Source of the DNA: Podospora anserina
Lineage: Eukaryota
Length of the DNA: 64,000 nt
Assembly (NCBI GenBank): GCA_017654855.1
Contig: CM030335.1
Span: 2,728,001 to 2,792,000, forward strand
Reading direction: 5' to 3'
Of this stretch, positions 49,001-61,462 are shown piece by piece; position 1 is the first letter of the stretch; every line of letters starts with the position of its first letter. Position numbers and translations under genes: made by a program. The notes under the pieces are model-generated. The model worked only from the letters and a program-made list of their open reading frames with translations, made no database searches and was not told the origin of the DNA.

Positions 49001-52000
49001 GGCTAGTGTGTAAGGTCACCAGATCTTGACCATCATTTATCGAATGGTGTTTCTTGCCCCCAAGTTTCAGGTAAAGATCTTCAACCACCCCCTCGGGGAC
49101 CATAGCGACTTTCCATCTGCTTTCCAAGTGGTGAAACTTTCTGCAGAAAAATAAGAGCTGTGCCGCTGCCATCCCCGGATTGTTGATGCCTAGAGAGATG
49201 TGATATGAGATCTGCCCGCTCATGCATGGAAAAAACACAAAGTGTTGATATCTTACTGGGAACCACGGAGCATGCATTTTGCTAGAACCAACTCCCCGTG
49301 ATAGGCGGTAAGGCAAACCTCTAGATGGGTGACGTGCCAGCTATTCAGGGGTTCAAGGAGGCCATGGTGGGTGGTTCGGATAGTTGGGTTTGTCTCTCGT
49401 TGACGGTGAAATAGGGGTCTCGACCGGCCGAGGCACGGCGCATCGGCTGATGATCTGCAACAACCAAAGACTTGACACTCGACGCGTCCCTCCTCCCCAT
49501 TGTGGATAGATGTTGGCGCCCTCGACCGGTTTCGGATTGTTCAACAGACTGGTTCTGGCAGTCAGGGGTAACAACACCCCGTTTCCCGCTCAATGAAAAG
49601 GGGGTTGCGCCACCACAACCATCTCCAGGTCCCAGGTCTGCAAAGGTCTTGTTCCCGAAAGGATATGCTTATTGCCTGCAGCGGTTAAGGCTCTCTCGGG
49701 GGTGGGAGGGGTGGGTGAGTGCGTGTCAGCCGGAACCTGCTGCTTGGTGACGGCATCAGTCAGCATCTGCAGGGACTCGACCTCATGCAGATTTAATTGA
49801 ACCCCAAGAAAGAAGCACAGTTTTCAGCGTTGGGGTTCATGGGGGAAATAGACAATACGAAGAGGAAAGAAGAGGAAGTTCATAGTCCCGGCGGTGAACG
49901 TTACCGTAACAAGGCCGAACCACACGGGACAAGACAAGAGGATGACCCGAAGTTTCTGTCGTCCCAGCTTTGGGCGGCCGCTCCAGTTCATCTTGGGCCG
50001 AGATGTTGTTTACGTGTGAGAGGCTATACCTTGCTCTGATATATGGTTGGCGGGAAAAGGCCACAACCATCCTGTCGGGTGGACAAGACATCGACTTGAC
50101 CGCAAGGCCATTGCTTCATACCAGCTCCAACGCCTTGCTGTCAGGTCTAGAAGTCATAACCCATCTCGAAAACAACCTCTGACTACTTGTCAGGCAAGAT
50201 TTCCGTCGCGGGCCGGCTGTGCCAGAGTAACAGCTCAAAGTTCGTCGGCCCACGAGTCATCCGGTGAGTGAGTCGAGATGAATTATGTATTACTGATACA
50301 TTTCCATACATAGCACCCAACGAAGCCCGTGATGGATGTTGCGGCCGCCGACGCTGCTATTCTTGAGCCTCATCATGTTGGGACCCACCGCTGTCCAGGC
50401 ACCCGCATCGTCTCTTCGTCTGCTACCCAGTGACTGTGGTCCTCCGAAAGCCGTCACTTGACGCTAGTTACCCGACAATTCATTGTCCATGTGACTGGAG
50501 GAAGCCGTTGAGGTTGGGGAAGGCGTGATATGATACTACAGCAACCCTTCACGGGGACACCCGGCTGCCCGCGTTAACGGAAGGAAATCAAGCCAGACTC
50601 AAAGACGCCACTCCCTTGCCATCCACGAGTAACCGTCGAGAGCTTTAGTCAGAAGGGTGTATCGGTAATGGGATCGGTCAGCAAGACGACAATAACTAAA
50701 GTCCTCAACTCAGATTGTCGTTTGATAGACTTTGTTTGATGGGGCCGTCCGCATCAAAAGATACCACCAATCAGAACCTCTCGCTCGTGTAAATGAGCCA
50801 GGGCCAGAATCCAGTCCCATGTCCGTTTGGTCAAGCCAAAGAGGGCAAAATAGCCGCTTTCGGTAACCTCAAAGATAGCCCCACCGTTTTGGGAGATAAC
50901 AATACCTACCGGAGGCTCCGAATTGCTAAAAGGTTTCGAAAAGACCCGACAAATACAAAATGTTGGAACCTCCCACAGGAAACGCAGATGTCTCAGCACA
51001 TGAGAATGATGGCCTCATACCAAGGACTTTGATGGCAAGTATGAATAACGGAGGGGAGCATTGGGTTGGGGATGAGCGCACACCATCCGTGCAATCAACA
51101 CCCCACCCCCAAAACCGAGAATGTAGCGGTACCTCGACTGGGAACTGACAGCGGTTGCTCATCATGCCCATGCTCACACCTTCATAGGGCTGGGTGGCTT
51201 TGCCTCCTTCTCCACAAAACGAAGCTTGACGTGTAAGCTCTGCACTCCCCCACGACGCGGATGCACTTCCGCAACAAGTGTCTGGCAGCAGTATCAGTAT
51301 TTGAAATCCACTCCGTGGCTGTTGATACTCCAAGGTGACTGAGTTCTGGCGGCCGAGTGCGGTTTGACTCGCCAGGACAACCGTTCTTCGGCGTTACATT
51401 GCTCGCCTGCTCCGCCGACCCAGAAGGCTCCCAGGGTTGATGCCCAGTTTGGGCTGTATTGGCGAACGGCTGGCGATAACAACGACGAAGGCGTCGAGCG
51501 CTCAGTAATTTACAGACAGCGAGGTGCAGATCTCGTTTGGACAGCGCAGTTTTCCACTTGATCTGGCATGCTTGATAGTGGTTTGGCGGTGTGGAAGAAT
51601 ACCGTGTTCCTCAAACGACTCGGATGTTCATGATGGAGGGTGGTGTTACATGAAGAACCGTGCATGAGTTGCATGAGAGGGTTGAGATGAAGTAACCAGT
51701 ACCGCATGACAGGAACTGGATGCAAGAGGACCTTGCCAACGGGCCGACCTCCAGACAATTTACACATACGCTGAGGATGGATGCCAAGACGTACCTGACT
51801 GCCTCCTGTTAATCCCGTGTTCTAGCGTATCTTGTTGCCATTTCAAATGGAAATCCTCCTGCGTAAGGCTGTTAGCGCAAGCCAGTCGTATATCATTAGT
51901 ATCATCACGTTCATGCTTATTATCATGAAGAGGCCATATCAAACTTGGTGATGGAATTTGAAATGGGCTGCAATGGGACCTTCTCGAGACCCGTGCAGCT

Positions 52001-55000
52001 GGTGAATTGATGCCTGGATGCAGGCCCAAATATCCAGTAACGCCCGAGGCGGTCAATGGCATCGGCAGCGTCATTAGAAGGTGGGTGTGCCTGTCTACCG
52101 TCGGGCGGTTGTGATGGTGCAGTTGAACTGACCTCTGGGAGCATATCCGGCGCGCAACACCATGCTAAGAAGCTTCCACCACCGAGGAACCGGAGCGCTT
52201 GGGCCAATCATATGGCGAGAAAGAACGACTTCTGTGCCTCTCCCGCTTTCCCGTCCTCACAGCTCTCGTACCCGATCCCTCGGAAGGGCGGCGTCAGGCC
52301 CTCGCACCTCCCCGTGAAGCAGCACACCAGGACGCAGTTATCACTAATCCCAAGCCATGGACCAAGAACCCTCCTGGTTGCGTTGGTTTTGAGCGCATTT
52401 CGTAGTGTGATAGAGCGACAGACTGGCCATCCAGAGCCGGGTATTGCGGTGACTGGAGACCGGTGTTCTTGTTTTGAGTCCCAGAAAGCAAAGAGCTGCA
52501 TCAATAACTCAAACGCCACGAGAGGGGAGAGCGGCGTCTATTGCGTGGGACAGGATATGAAGTGCCTGTGCAACAGCTTGTGAAACGTGATACCAGGAGA
52601 GGGTGTCGTCGGCAGTTCTTGATGGGCCATGGTTCTGGACGGAAAAATGCGAGCCTTGGCTGTGGAAACTGGCAATATTCTGGAGCGCCTGAACACATCG
52701 CACAAGCGGGCGTTTTTGTGTGACCTTCGTTGAAGGCAAGCGCCGTGAGGGACCGCGTCTACCCCGCCGCTGGTGAACTTGTCCGAATCCCCGATGGCCA
52801 CGCACCCGGCAGAAAGTCGGCCGAGCACCTAGGGCAGAGTGCTTTTCGTGCCAAAAGGGGTGTTGATGGACAGTCAGGGTAGTCCCGTATCTCGACGAGT
52901 CGTAGGGCCGAACAGCTGTCCAGGGTCGTTCGTGGGTAAATTAGCAAGCGAATATCTCGGTGGTACTCGTGAGGATGTTGAACCTGTGACAGAGACAGGG
53001 CAGAGCTGTATCAAAGGCCGAGGGTTAGGCGGCTGCTTGGCGACAGCGAGGCTCAGGCGGACCACGGGGCTGGAGCTGCACAGCTCTGGCTCTGTTGATG
53101 TCGATGGGAGATCGCAGACAGAGAAGCGGGCGTCGCATGTCGCAGTGCAGGTTGCAGTCTGCATTGGCGTTCCCCAGAGGGGCGCAGCATCTTTTGCAAT
53201 TCCCGCCTGTTCTGGGTGCACCAGCACCAACGTCCACCAGGAAAGAGCGGGATTCCAGCAGAAGGGGCGGAGAGACAGGGGTCCAAGGCCCCCTTGTCCA
53301 TCGCTGCAGAATGCGGCACGCCCAGTGCCAGCGCCAGCGGGGTGGGGCACGCCAAGGGCCCGCTGCTTCCCGCGTCCCAATGTCTTGGCCCTCGACACCT
53401 TTCTTGGGTGTTCTTGGAATCTCCTGAGGTCTTTTTGAAACTTCCCAATCAGGAAAACATATTCGAATCAGGCAAAGTGCGGCTTGACCCCTCGGTCACC
53501 AAAAAGGGTCTTGTTCAGAGTTGCCATAACGGACTGTCTGCAAGGGCGCTTTGAAGACCACCAGGGATCACAGCCCGTACCCTCCGAACAACCAAGCAAC
53601 AATCCAAGCCATCTCCGAATGCGCAATTCTGACGACGACGACCACCACCACCATTTCGGACTACTATCCCCGCTGATCACGCACCCTCACGTCAACATGG
53701 CTGGCGGGAATTACGTGCACATGGCTGCTGCCCCTCGCCCGGCCCCGCGGCGCCCGCTCTGTCCCGTTTGCCGAGAAAGATGTGATATCAAAGTCACAGC
53801 CACCAATCTGATATTCGAGCACCCCGCAGCTACCGGAACCTCTGTGTAACCCCCTCCGAGCCCATCCATGCCATCTTCGCCGTATTCCCCCGCCAGTTGT
53901 TATCACCATCACCACCATCACCGCCATCACCATGATGATGTTGGTGATGAATTGCTCCTAGACCGCCGGATGTTTCCATCAGGGAGGGACGGAAGCAGGC
54001 GACTAGTTTTCGATGTCAGGGCCCCTTTGCCGATGATTATCATGGTGCCCCTCCTCCAAAGCAACATTTCGACCAATGTTCCAAAAGTACAAGTTGGCGT
54101 CGAGGCTGGTGTTACACATGCACATGAGCAGCCCGGTCTCACAGAATCAGGCTGTTGGGTCCCAAGGGCGCACACGCGGCATGGAGTTTTGCAACCGTTA
54201 TCTCCAGATTGACTGGCACTCTCGCTCCAAGGGCCCATGTGCTACGGCTTTGTGATCCGAAGCGGACCTTTCTCCGAACACTTGTCCTACACCTCTTCTC
54301 CCTTCTTGGTCCTTCACGCTCCCATTGCTCCCCTTGGGTATGGTGGTGACGCCACGTGCGGACTACTCGGACTTGAACAACTGGAATAGAAGCTCCGCTC
54401 CCACCTCGGAGTAAGTTGACACGGAGACTTGTCGGATTCCGCTGGATTCGTGCTTTATGACTTGATCTGGCAGCGCGAGCTGGAAACATGAAGCTGGACA
54501 TCACGAGGAGAACAACATTCTATATATCCTCAAAGATGGACTTTTAACAAAAATGAGGTAAGAATCCCATATATCTATCTATCTATCTGATGATAACGTA
54601 AGACCCAAGGCAGTGGAACGCCAACCCCAAGTTTGCTCACAGTCAGAACCCAATCTTATCTTGATCTCCCCATCAGCTCAGCTGAAGAAGGCAAAGCAGA
54701 AATGATTTGGGGGCAGAACGTCAAGTCGGTATGGGGGTAAGGTAAGGTGTGCAACGGTGTAGTTCGGTCGGAAAAGCGGCTGAAAGAAGAGGAGAAGGCC
54801 CCAAAATTCGCCGATGGATCGCAGGTTCGCAGCCCCCAACCGTAACAGTGTAACCAAATGGACACAACGTCCTTCCGTGCACCTACTCTGAGCTCCCAAG
54901 CATCCTGTTCGCTGGCTCGCAACTGGTTCTCCCAGGGCTGTCTCGTTCGTCCGCTCGCTGTCAAGATGTTATTTTCCATGACAGCCTCGGAAGTTATGAC

Positions 55001-56257
55001 CAAGTTTTCGGGTACATCAACAGCATTACATCACAACTTGCTCTCTCAGCTTCAATCTGCAGTGACCCAGGCCACGAGAACTGAGAACTGGCCCGCTGGA
55101 GGGCACGACACAGGGCTGAGTCGCTGTTGTGGTAGGTTGGGAGTTTTTGATCCCGCATGGGTTTACGGAGAAAGAGAGATAAAAGTGCTGGCAGTAAGGA
55201 GCCTGCAGGTTAATCTATGCGGTGTTACTGCCCACCGTTTTGTTGCTCTTTGGTTTCCGGGGAGTGGGTGATTGTAGTCTTGTGACAGGCTCAGTGGGGG
55301 ATGTAACCAACCCAGCTTGATGGGCAGACAGAGACGGTTCGGTTCGAGTTGAGTCACGGCGTCCCTTATGGAGGAATGGGCAAATGTCAAGTTGCGGTGA
55401 GGCGGGCGTTTTGGCGATGGGGTTTGGGGACTGGATGAGGCTGTGTGGAGAAGCGAGGAGAGCCGCGTGATCAGGTTCTTACGAAGCAGTTTGGGAAGGC
55501 TTGGTAAGTTGGCATTTGGGGAGTGTCGTAAAGGTCGGGAATGCTAGATGGCTGTGGTATTTTGACGCGGGGTTGGGGTTGTGTAACTAGATTGGCGAAA
55601 TGAGTCCGTGACCAGGCTCGAGATGACAACGGCATTGCTTTAGAGATTTGGGCAAGGAAGGTTAGGCAACGCAGAGTCTCGGACTGGTTGGAGGGTGCTT
55701 TGCAGGAGGAAACGTTACTTGCTTGCGGGGATGGTGCTGAAAATAGGGAGTTAATTTGAGTAAGGCTGCTGTTGGGAGTATAGTTGCTCTGTTAAGAAAG
55801 TGCATAAGGGGGCCAAGTTCGGTGAGGCCACACAAGCTTGTGGTATGAATTCTATCAAGAAAGCAAGAAGACAAAGACCGTTTTATCCCACGACACAAGA
55901 TTGACGAGCAGGTAAGGTGCCGGAGGAACCATTATATTATATGCAGGCGACCTTGTATTCTACGCTCTAGCTCGCACTTTTATCAGTCATCACGTCTTGA
56001 ATGATGTTGATGTATGAAGTCGGTGCCGTAAGCTTACGACAAGCGTTCTGAGCCCCTGAGCCCCTGATATGGCACCTGGCTCTGAGGAGCGCGTCATCAA
56101 GTTGAAGACATGACATACTTCCCTAAGTTAAGTCGAGAAGATGGAAGTAATGTATCTCAGTTATGTATCTATCCTTTAATCTCCTCTCCATGATCCTTTC
56201 TCTGTGTTTGTGAATATTGCTCTTTCTACCGCTTGCGAGACTTACGATCCTTTGAGC

Positions 56258-57301
56258 TCAGAAGCGATATTGGACTTCAGTACCATGCTCACTCGATCCT
56301 ATCATCTGGGCTTCACCTAGCTCCCATTTTGTGTCAGTCCCCCCTTTAACACTATACAGTTCCCTATATCCAGAATCTACACTCATTTCCACATATTTGT
56401 TCTCATCCTCGCGAACATGATGTTGTCTTCCAACTCCCGGTTTAATATCTTCCTCAATAATGTCAAGCCTAGATGATACCTCCAATTCCCTATACTCAGA
56501 ATCTTCACTCACTTCTGTGTGTGTTGGAACCACATCCATTTCCTTAGCCTGCGCTTCGGTATCGAGCTTAACTCTAGGCGAAGCCTGACCAGATATCTCC
56601 CATATCGAGCTTCCGTCAGTTGCCCGCGCTGATCTCCAGTCTAGTTCTGGTTATTCATCTAGGCCCATATCCCAATTTGCTAGCGCTTGAGTTTTGAGAT
56701 ATGCTCTTGTTTGCTGTCGTGACGATTTGAAGATTTGAAGTGAGACTAGAAAGGCGATGAGAAGTACCCCGGCTGCGGAACCCAGAATGGCGCCTGTCAA
56801 TTATGATGTGTTTAAACTTGAGCCCCCAGACTCAACAATCAGGTCAGGTGGGCCGGTGCTCTCTTTATTGGTAGAATCCGGGCTAGCTGCAGTGGTAATG
56901 GGTGCGGTGGCTGTATTTGCTGGCCTTGAGGTGGCTGTCACGAAACTGATGCCACAGCTGTAAGCTGTGGCTGGCCAGGGCTGTGTGGATGGGGTCAATT
57001 GACAATATCGGAAGTAGTCTCTGAATATATGCTGCAAAGATTCCTCTGCGGTTCCCGGATCGAACTCAAAGGTGCACGAGTCGCATTTGGAATAGTAAAG
57101 TTGATAGAGAGTGTTCAAATCGGAAGTGCACAATCGATCTCCGCCCAATGTTAAGTGCTGGAATGCGGTTTCTATGAAGCGTGAATGTTAGATAATACTC
57201 GATGGAGACAATTAGAGGCCGAGTCTTTGCATACCACAAACTGCCCAGCATTCCGGTGGGAGTAGATTCTGAATCTCTGAGTTGATGCGTGGTGAAATCA
57301 T
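56258..57301 (-). pseudogene. Receptor-like family paralog P6 with two in-frame TAA stops (56801-56803, 56651-56653); intron 57172-57234
   Basis: MISPRINSEIQNLLPPECWAVC|ETAF...LCTSD...YYSKCDSC...IFRDYFRYC; after the first stop the frame continues into a TM (LTGAILGSAAGVLLIAFLVSL) and the tail KEMDVV...YRELEV...VEMSVDSGYRELY. Confidence 0.75.
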
Positions 57302-57782
57302 TTTCTCCCGCGGCCTTCATGATGGGCAATGATCTTTGTCAGGGGGTGCACTCTTGGCCATAGCTTCCTTACTGGAGTATTTAGCAAAGTGCAAGGACTG
57401 CAGAGACAACTGAGATGATGGGAACAGATTTTTGTTCCCAACATAATAATGCCATTGAGTCTAGGATTTGTCATACACTGTCAGCTGATGTGGTCTGGTT
57501 AGGCACCTATTTAGGGAAGTTTGAGGTCACAATTGCAATAGCAACGACTCTCAGCATGTACTCTTTATATTAACATTGTGGGGGCGGGAAATATCATGTC
57601 TCTTCCGCCTCGCTATCTCCCGTACATCTCTAAACTTTGCGCAGCTTCGTTTCGAACCAGCCTAGCTAGATGAAACCTTTAGCTGCCTATAACCAGGTCC
57701 CCGCTCATCTCAAAACGAACTTGCTTCCGCTTTTATCAGGAGCTCGCCTCTTCCCCCTGGCTGGCTTGGGGTTTTCTTGTCT

Positions 57783-58708
57783 TCAATCTTGTCCAGAAAT
57801 CACCTCTAACTCTTCATATCCAGACCTTTCACTCAGTTCGGCGCGTGGAAACATCACCTCCATCTCGCAAAACCCCGGTTCAATATCCATCTCGATTCTA
57901 GGTGGCGGGGGGTCGTCTAATTCGTTGATAGAGATTCCATTCATTTTCTGTGTCCCTTGTGATTCTATTTCGTTCAAAGCCTCCTCTTTCTTGCTGAGCT
58001 GTGATGCTCGTCGACGGTAGCCTGCCAGCTTCCAACACGCCAGTGCAGCCAGCAACAGAACAAAAACGGTTCCGGCACCAGATATTATTCCTATGAGTTG
58101 CAGGGAGGAAAGATGACCGCTACCAAGATCTTGGTTGTCTCTCCCTTGATGGTTGTCGATCTGTTCATTATCAACAGCGTGAGTAGGGGGGTTGTCTTCA
58201 CTTGTTGTTTTCCAGTCAGAGGTCGTTGCTGTTGTTGATGTTGTTGCAGGGTACGTGGTGGTGCTCAAAGCTGTCTCGGTCGGTAATTGAACAATGAATG
58301 GGGGCGAGTCGAGTACTGGCTGGGAAAGATTGCAGTACTTCAATGATTCATCAAAGATTGCCTTCAGTCCCGGATCGGGATTGTTTAGGTTGTATTTGAA
58401 AGCTGTTCCAGCCCAGCAACCATCGGCTGAACAATATGTGCAGGCTCCGACGTTACAGTATATTCTGTCTTGGCCCAAAACACAAACATGACATTGTTTG
58501 TAATGGAACTCAAATTGAGTGGTTGAGATGCACAGTTCAGGAGTGTTTCTGTTTTTTCGGACGAGCTCATGGGCAGTGTCTGGTTGATTTCAGTCGGATA
58601 AATATATTGAAGAGAATGATACAGAGAGGCAACCAAATACGTACCGCATTCTTTCCAGCAAGATGTAGGGAATATCGCGTGGATATCAGGGTCGAGTCCG
58701 CGGCTCAT
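57783..58708 (-). CDS. Receptor-like family paralog P7, with an extra Cys-rich insert; intron 58580-58644
   Basis: IFPTSCWKEC|DTAH...ELCISTTQFEFHYKQCHVC...(YCNVGACTYCSADGC)...IFDESLKYC; Thr stalk; TM LIGIISGAGTVFVLLLAALACW; tail INELDD.PPRIEMDIEPGFCEMEV...AELSERSGYEELE. Confidence 0.75.
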
Positions 58709-59081
58709 TTTGAGGGCGACACAGAGGTGTACCACTCAATTTTCAACTGCCGAGATGTCCTTAGAAGAATCTATTGGGGATTTTATAACTTGACATGGAA
58801 GAAGTTAAGAATCTAGAATAAGTAGTGAGTTCATGTATAGGTACTTTGCAGCTGAGTAAGGTAGCGTCTTCATAACAAGGCTCCCAGGCTGCCACTAAAA
58901 CAGCGAGGGTGATACTGCACGTCAAGCGGGACAGATGGGGGCCAAACCAACGACCACGAGCCGTTTAGACATCTGGGAACAGATACTGTCTCAAAAAGTG
59001 AGTTCATGCAAGTACCTAAGGTAGGTAACAACCAACCTGGCGACCAAGGGCTGGCATATCCACCACTGAATGTTGTAGATA

Positions 59082-61034
59082 GGTTGGATGACCAGGAAAT
59101 GGACCACATGTGGATCTGGTCCACCACCACCACACCAGCCACACAACCTTGTTGAGATTACCCCTGAATGATCACACTGGCCACAACAAGACTAATATTG
59201 GGTCAATTTCTATGGGAGTTATACCAAAATGTAGCTCAATCACTGTCAGAGTCAGACATTGCATCTGCTTCTCGCTTGCGCCTGGTTTGAACCCGATGAC
59301 GTGCGCTGCGCCGCACAGGCTGGGCTGGCTCTGGCTGCTCCACATCCTCCTTGGCTACCACTTCTTCCTCCACCACCCTCCCTTCAATGCGGGCCTCTTC
59401 CAGTTCACAGAGCCTCACAAACTTGGAATTCGAGTCTTCTCTATTCAACTTACGCCTTTTTCTTGCCTCCTGGGCCTTCTAGGCGTTCTGTTGGTGCCTT
59501 GCCGCATCAGCTTTATAGATAGATACCTCAGATCTCAGTGTGAGTATAGTACTAGTGAGAGTCCTTACCGTAAGCCGTTTTCCGGCCGGCTTATGGTTCT
59601 TGAGTAGGTCCCTGACCTTCTTAGCCACCTGGGAATCCCCCACGGTATAGAAAGTAAGTATTTTTGAAGAGAGATCTAACGGTACCACAGGGACTACCAC
59701 CTGGCGTAAAAAGAGCGGTTTACGCCTACGTATAGGCCGTAATCCTATCCCACGCCAGCCCAGTAATATTTTTTTTCCTAAAGCCCTACTTACAGGCAAG
59801 GTTATATAGCCGGACCAAGTCGACTTTACCGTTAAACGTATAGTTAGTAAGGGCGTCGTTTATAGCTATAAGCCTTTTATATACCTTCTTTATATTAGAA
59901 AAGCAGTTAATATTAAGGGGTTAAAGGACGTGAAAGTAGTAGGGGGGTAGGAAAAGAAGGTAAATATTATTCCTATAGTACCGGATTATAAAATCGTTAA
60001 TAATATATAAACTATAATTATTATAAATAAGAAAACGGGGTTCTAATAAATCTTTAGGTTTAGTCTTTAATATAAAAACCTTTTTAAACTAACTAACGGT
60101 AAAATTATTATTAATCCAGCTATTTTCTAATATAACTATATATTAATCCTTATTTAATTAGTCCTTAAACCATTACTTTTAAAGGTCTTTACCTTTAAAA
60201 ATAACCTCCGGGGGGAGGACTCTCCCGTATTATAAGATATACTTAAATATAGTGGTCCAGGTCCTTCTTCCGTTCTGTTTAACGTATATAAACTTTTTAT
60301 TCCGCTTCGAAGACTTAATAACTAAGCCGTTTTTTCCCTAGCCTTCCATTATATTTATTTTATCGTGGTTATACCTATACTTAAATTTAATCTAATTAAT
60401 AGTAAAATATAGGTTAAAGAATTTATTAATATTCTCCGGAGTAACTTCGTTAACTCTAGCGTAATTAATTTTCTTTTTAACTTTTATTTTAATATCAGAA
60501 TAACGGCTAATAAAATATAATATTTAGAACTTACTAAGGGGGTTAGGATCGCCTTATTTAGCTAGTAAACTGGCCGTTAAAGTCTTTATATTAGTATGGG
60601 TAGGAGCGTAGTTAAAGCTTTCCTAACGAAGGATTTATTAAACAATAAGGTTTTTTTGGCCGTAAGAAAGTCGCTATTGGTTTTCATGGGCAAGGTTCCT
60701 TGGTAGGGTACCATTAATGCGGTGCTTCAGGGTGAAACGTGGAATCCCGTGCTTATTGGACGCTTTTCGCTGGCTTATACCAGCGGCAATGTCTTTCTGG
60801 GCATTTTTAACATCCTCCTCGGTATATTTGGCCATTGTTGGGTACCTGGAGCAAAAAAAAGTAAAAGAAAAGCTTTATTTTTGGTCTCTGTGGGTGGAAT
60901 ATAAAGTGTGTGTTGATATCGGGGGGCTTTCGGAGGTCCAGGGTTGTGGAGGGTTTAATGTGGGTAGATGGCTTGGGTAGTTCAAACTTACCTGGGCCAC
61001 ATCCATATGTGGTCCACTTCCTTGTCATCCAACC
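59082..61034 (-). mobile_element. Tc1/mariner superfamily (pogo/Fot1-like) DNA transposon, full length, RIP-inactivated
   Basis: TIRs of ~42 bp (GGTTGGATGAC[C/A]AGGAA[A/G]TGGACCACAT[G/A]TGGAT..., 37/42 match by eye); TA on both flanks (59080-81, 61035-36); length ~1.95 kb; transposase relic inside. Confidence 0.92.
59236..60835 (-). pseudogene. pogo/Fot1-type DDE transposase pseudogene
   Basis: N-terminal HTH MAKYTEEDVKNAQKDIAAGISQRKASNKHGIPRFTLKHRING; a relic HVL*PLN motif (canonical HxLQPLD); many stops in an AT-rich core rich in TpA and depleted of CpA/TpG. Confidence 0.88.
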
Positions 61035-61462
61035 TAGGCCAACGTCTCTACCTAGATTTGCAGAGGCCGAGTCTTGACTGTTTGAGCAAGTTCAAGCCAA
61101 TGAAGCCTCTGAACGCAATTCTTAAGGCCTTACCTGATCCGAAACGCACACTAGAAGAGGTCCTTTGTGCCCTGATGCTGACCGCACCATAAAACAGGAA
61201 TCCCCCCTTTCCCACTCTCCTCTCCCCCTTTTCCCACTCTCCTTTCCCCCCCAAACCACCAGCTCAACAAGATATCCTAACCTTTCAGCCACGTCAAGTC
61301 ACACTTCAAATGCCTGCTGACTTCCATTTCAACGAGTGCACAAGTCGAGGCAGTCCCAATCAGGGAAAAAAAGAAAAAGCCTGGGTGTAAGTCAGGTTCT
61401 GGTGGAGTCCTAGGCCCACCGTGGGCCCAGCCCAAAAAAAAGCCACCAAAAGAGACTGGAAC

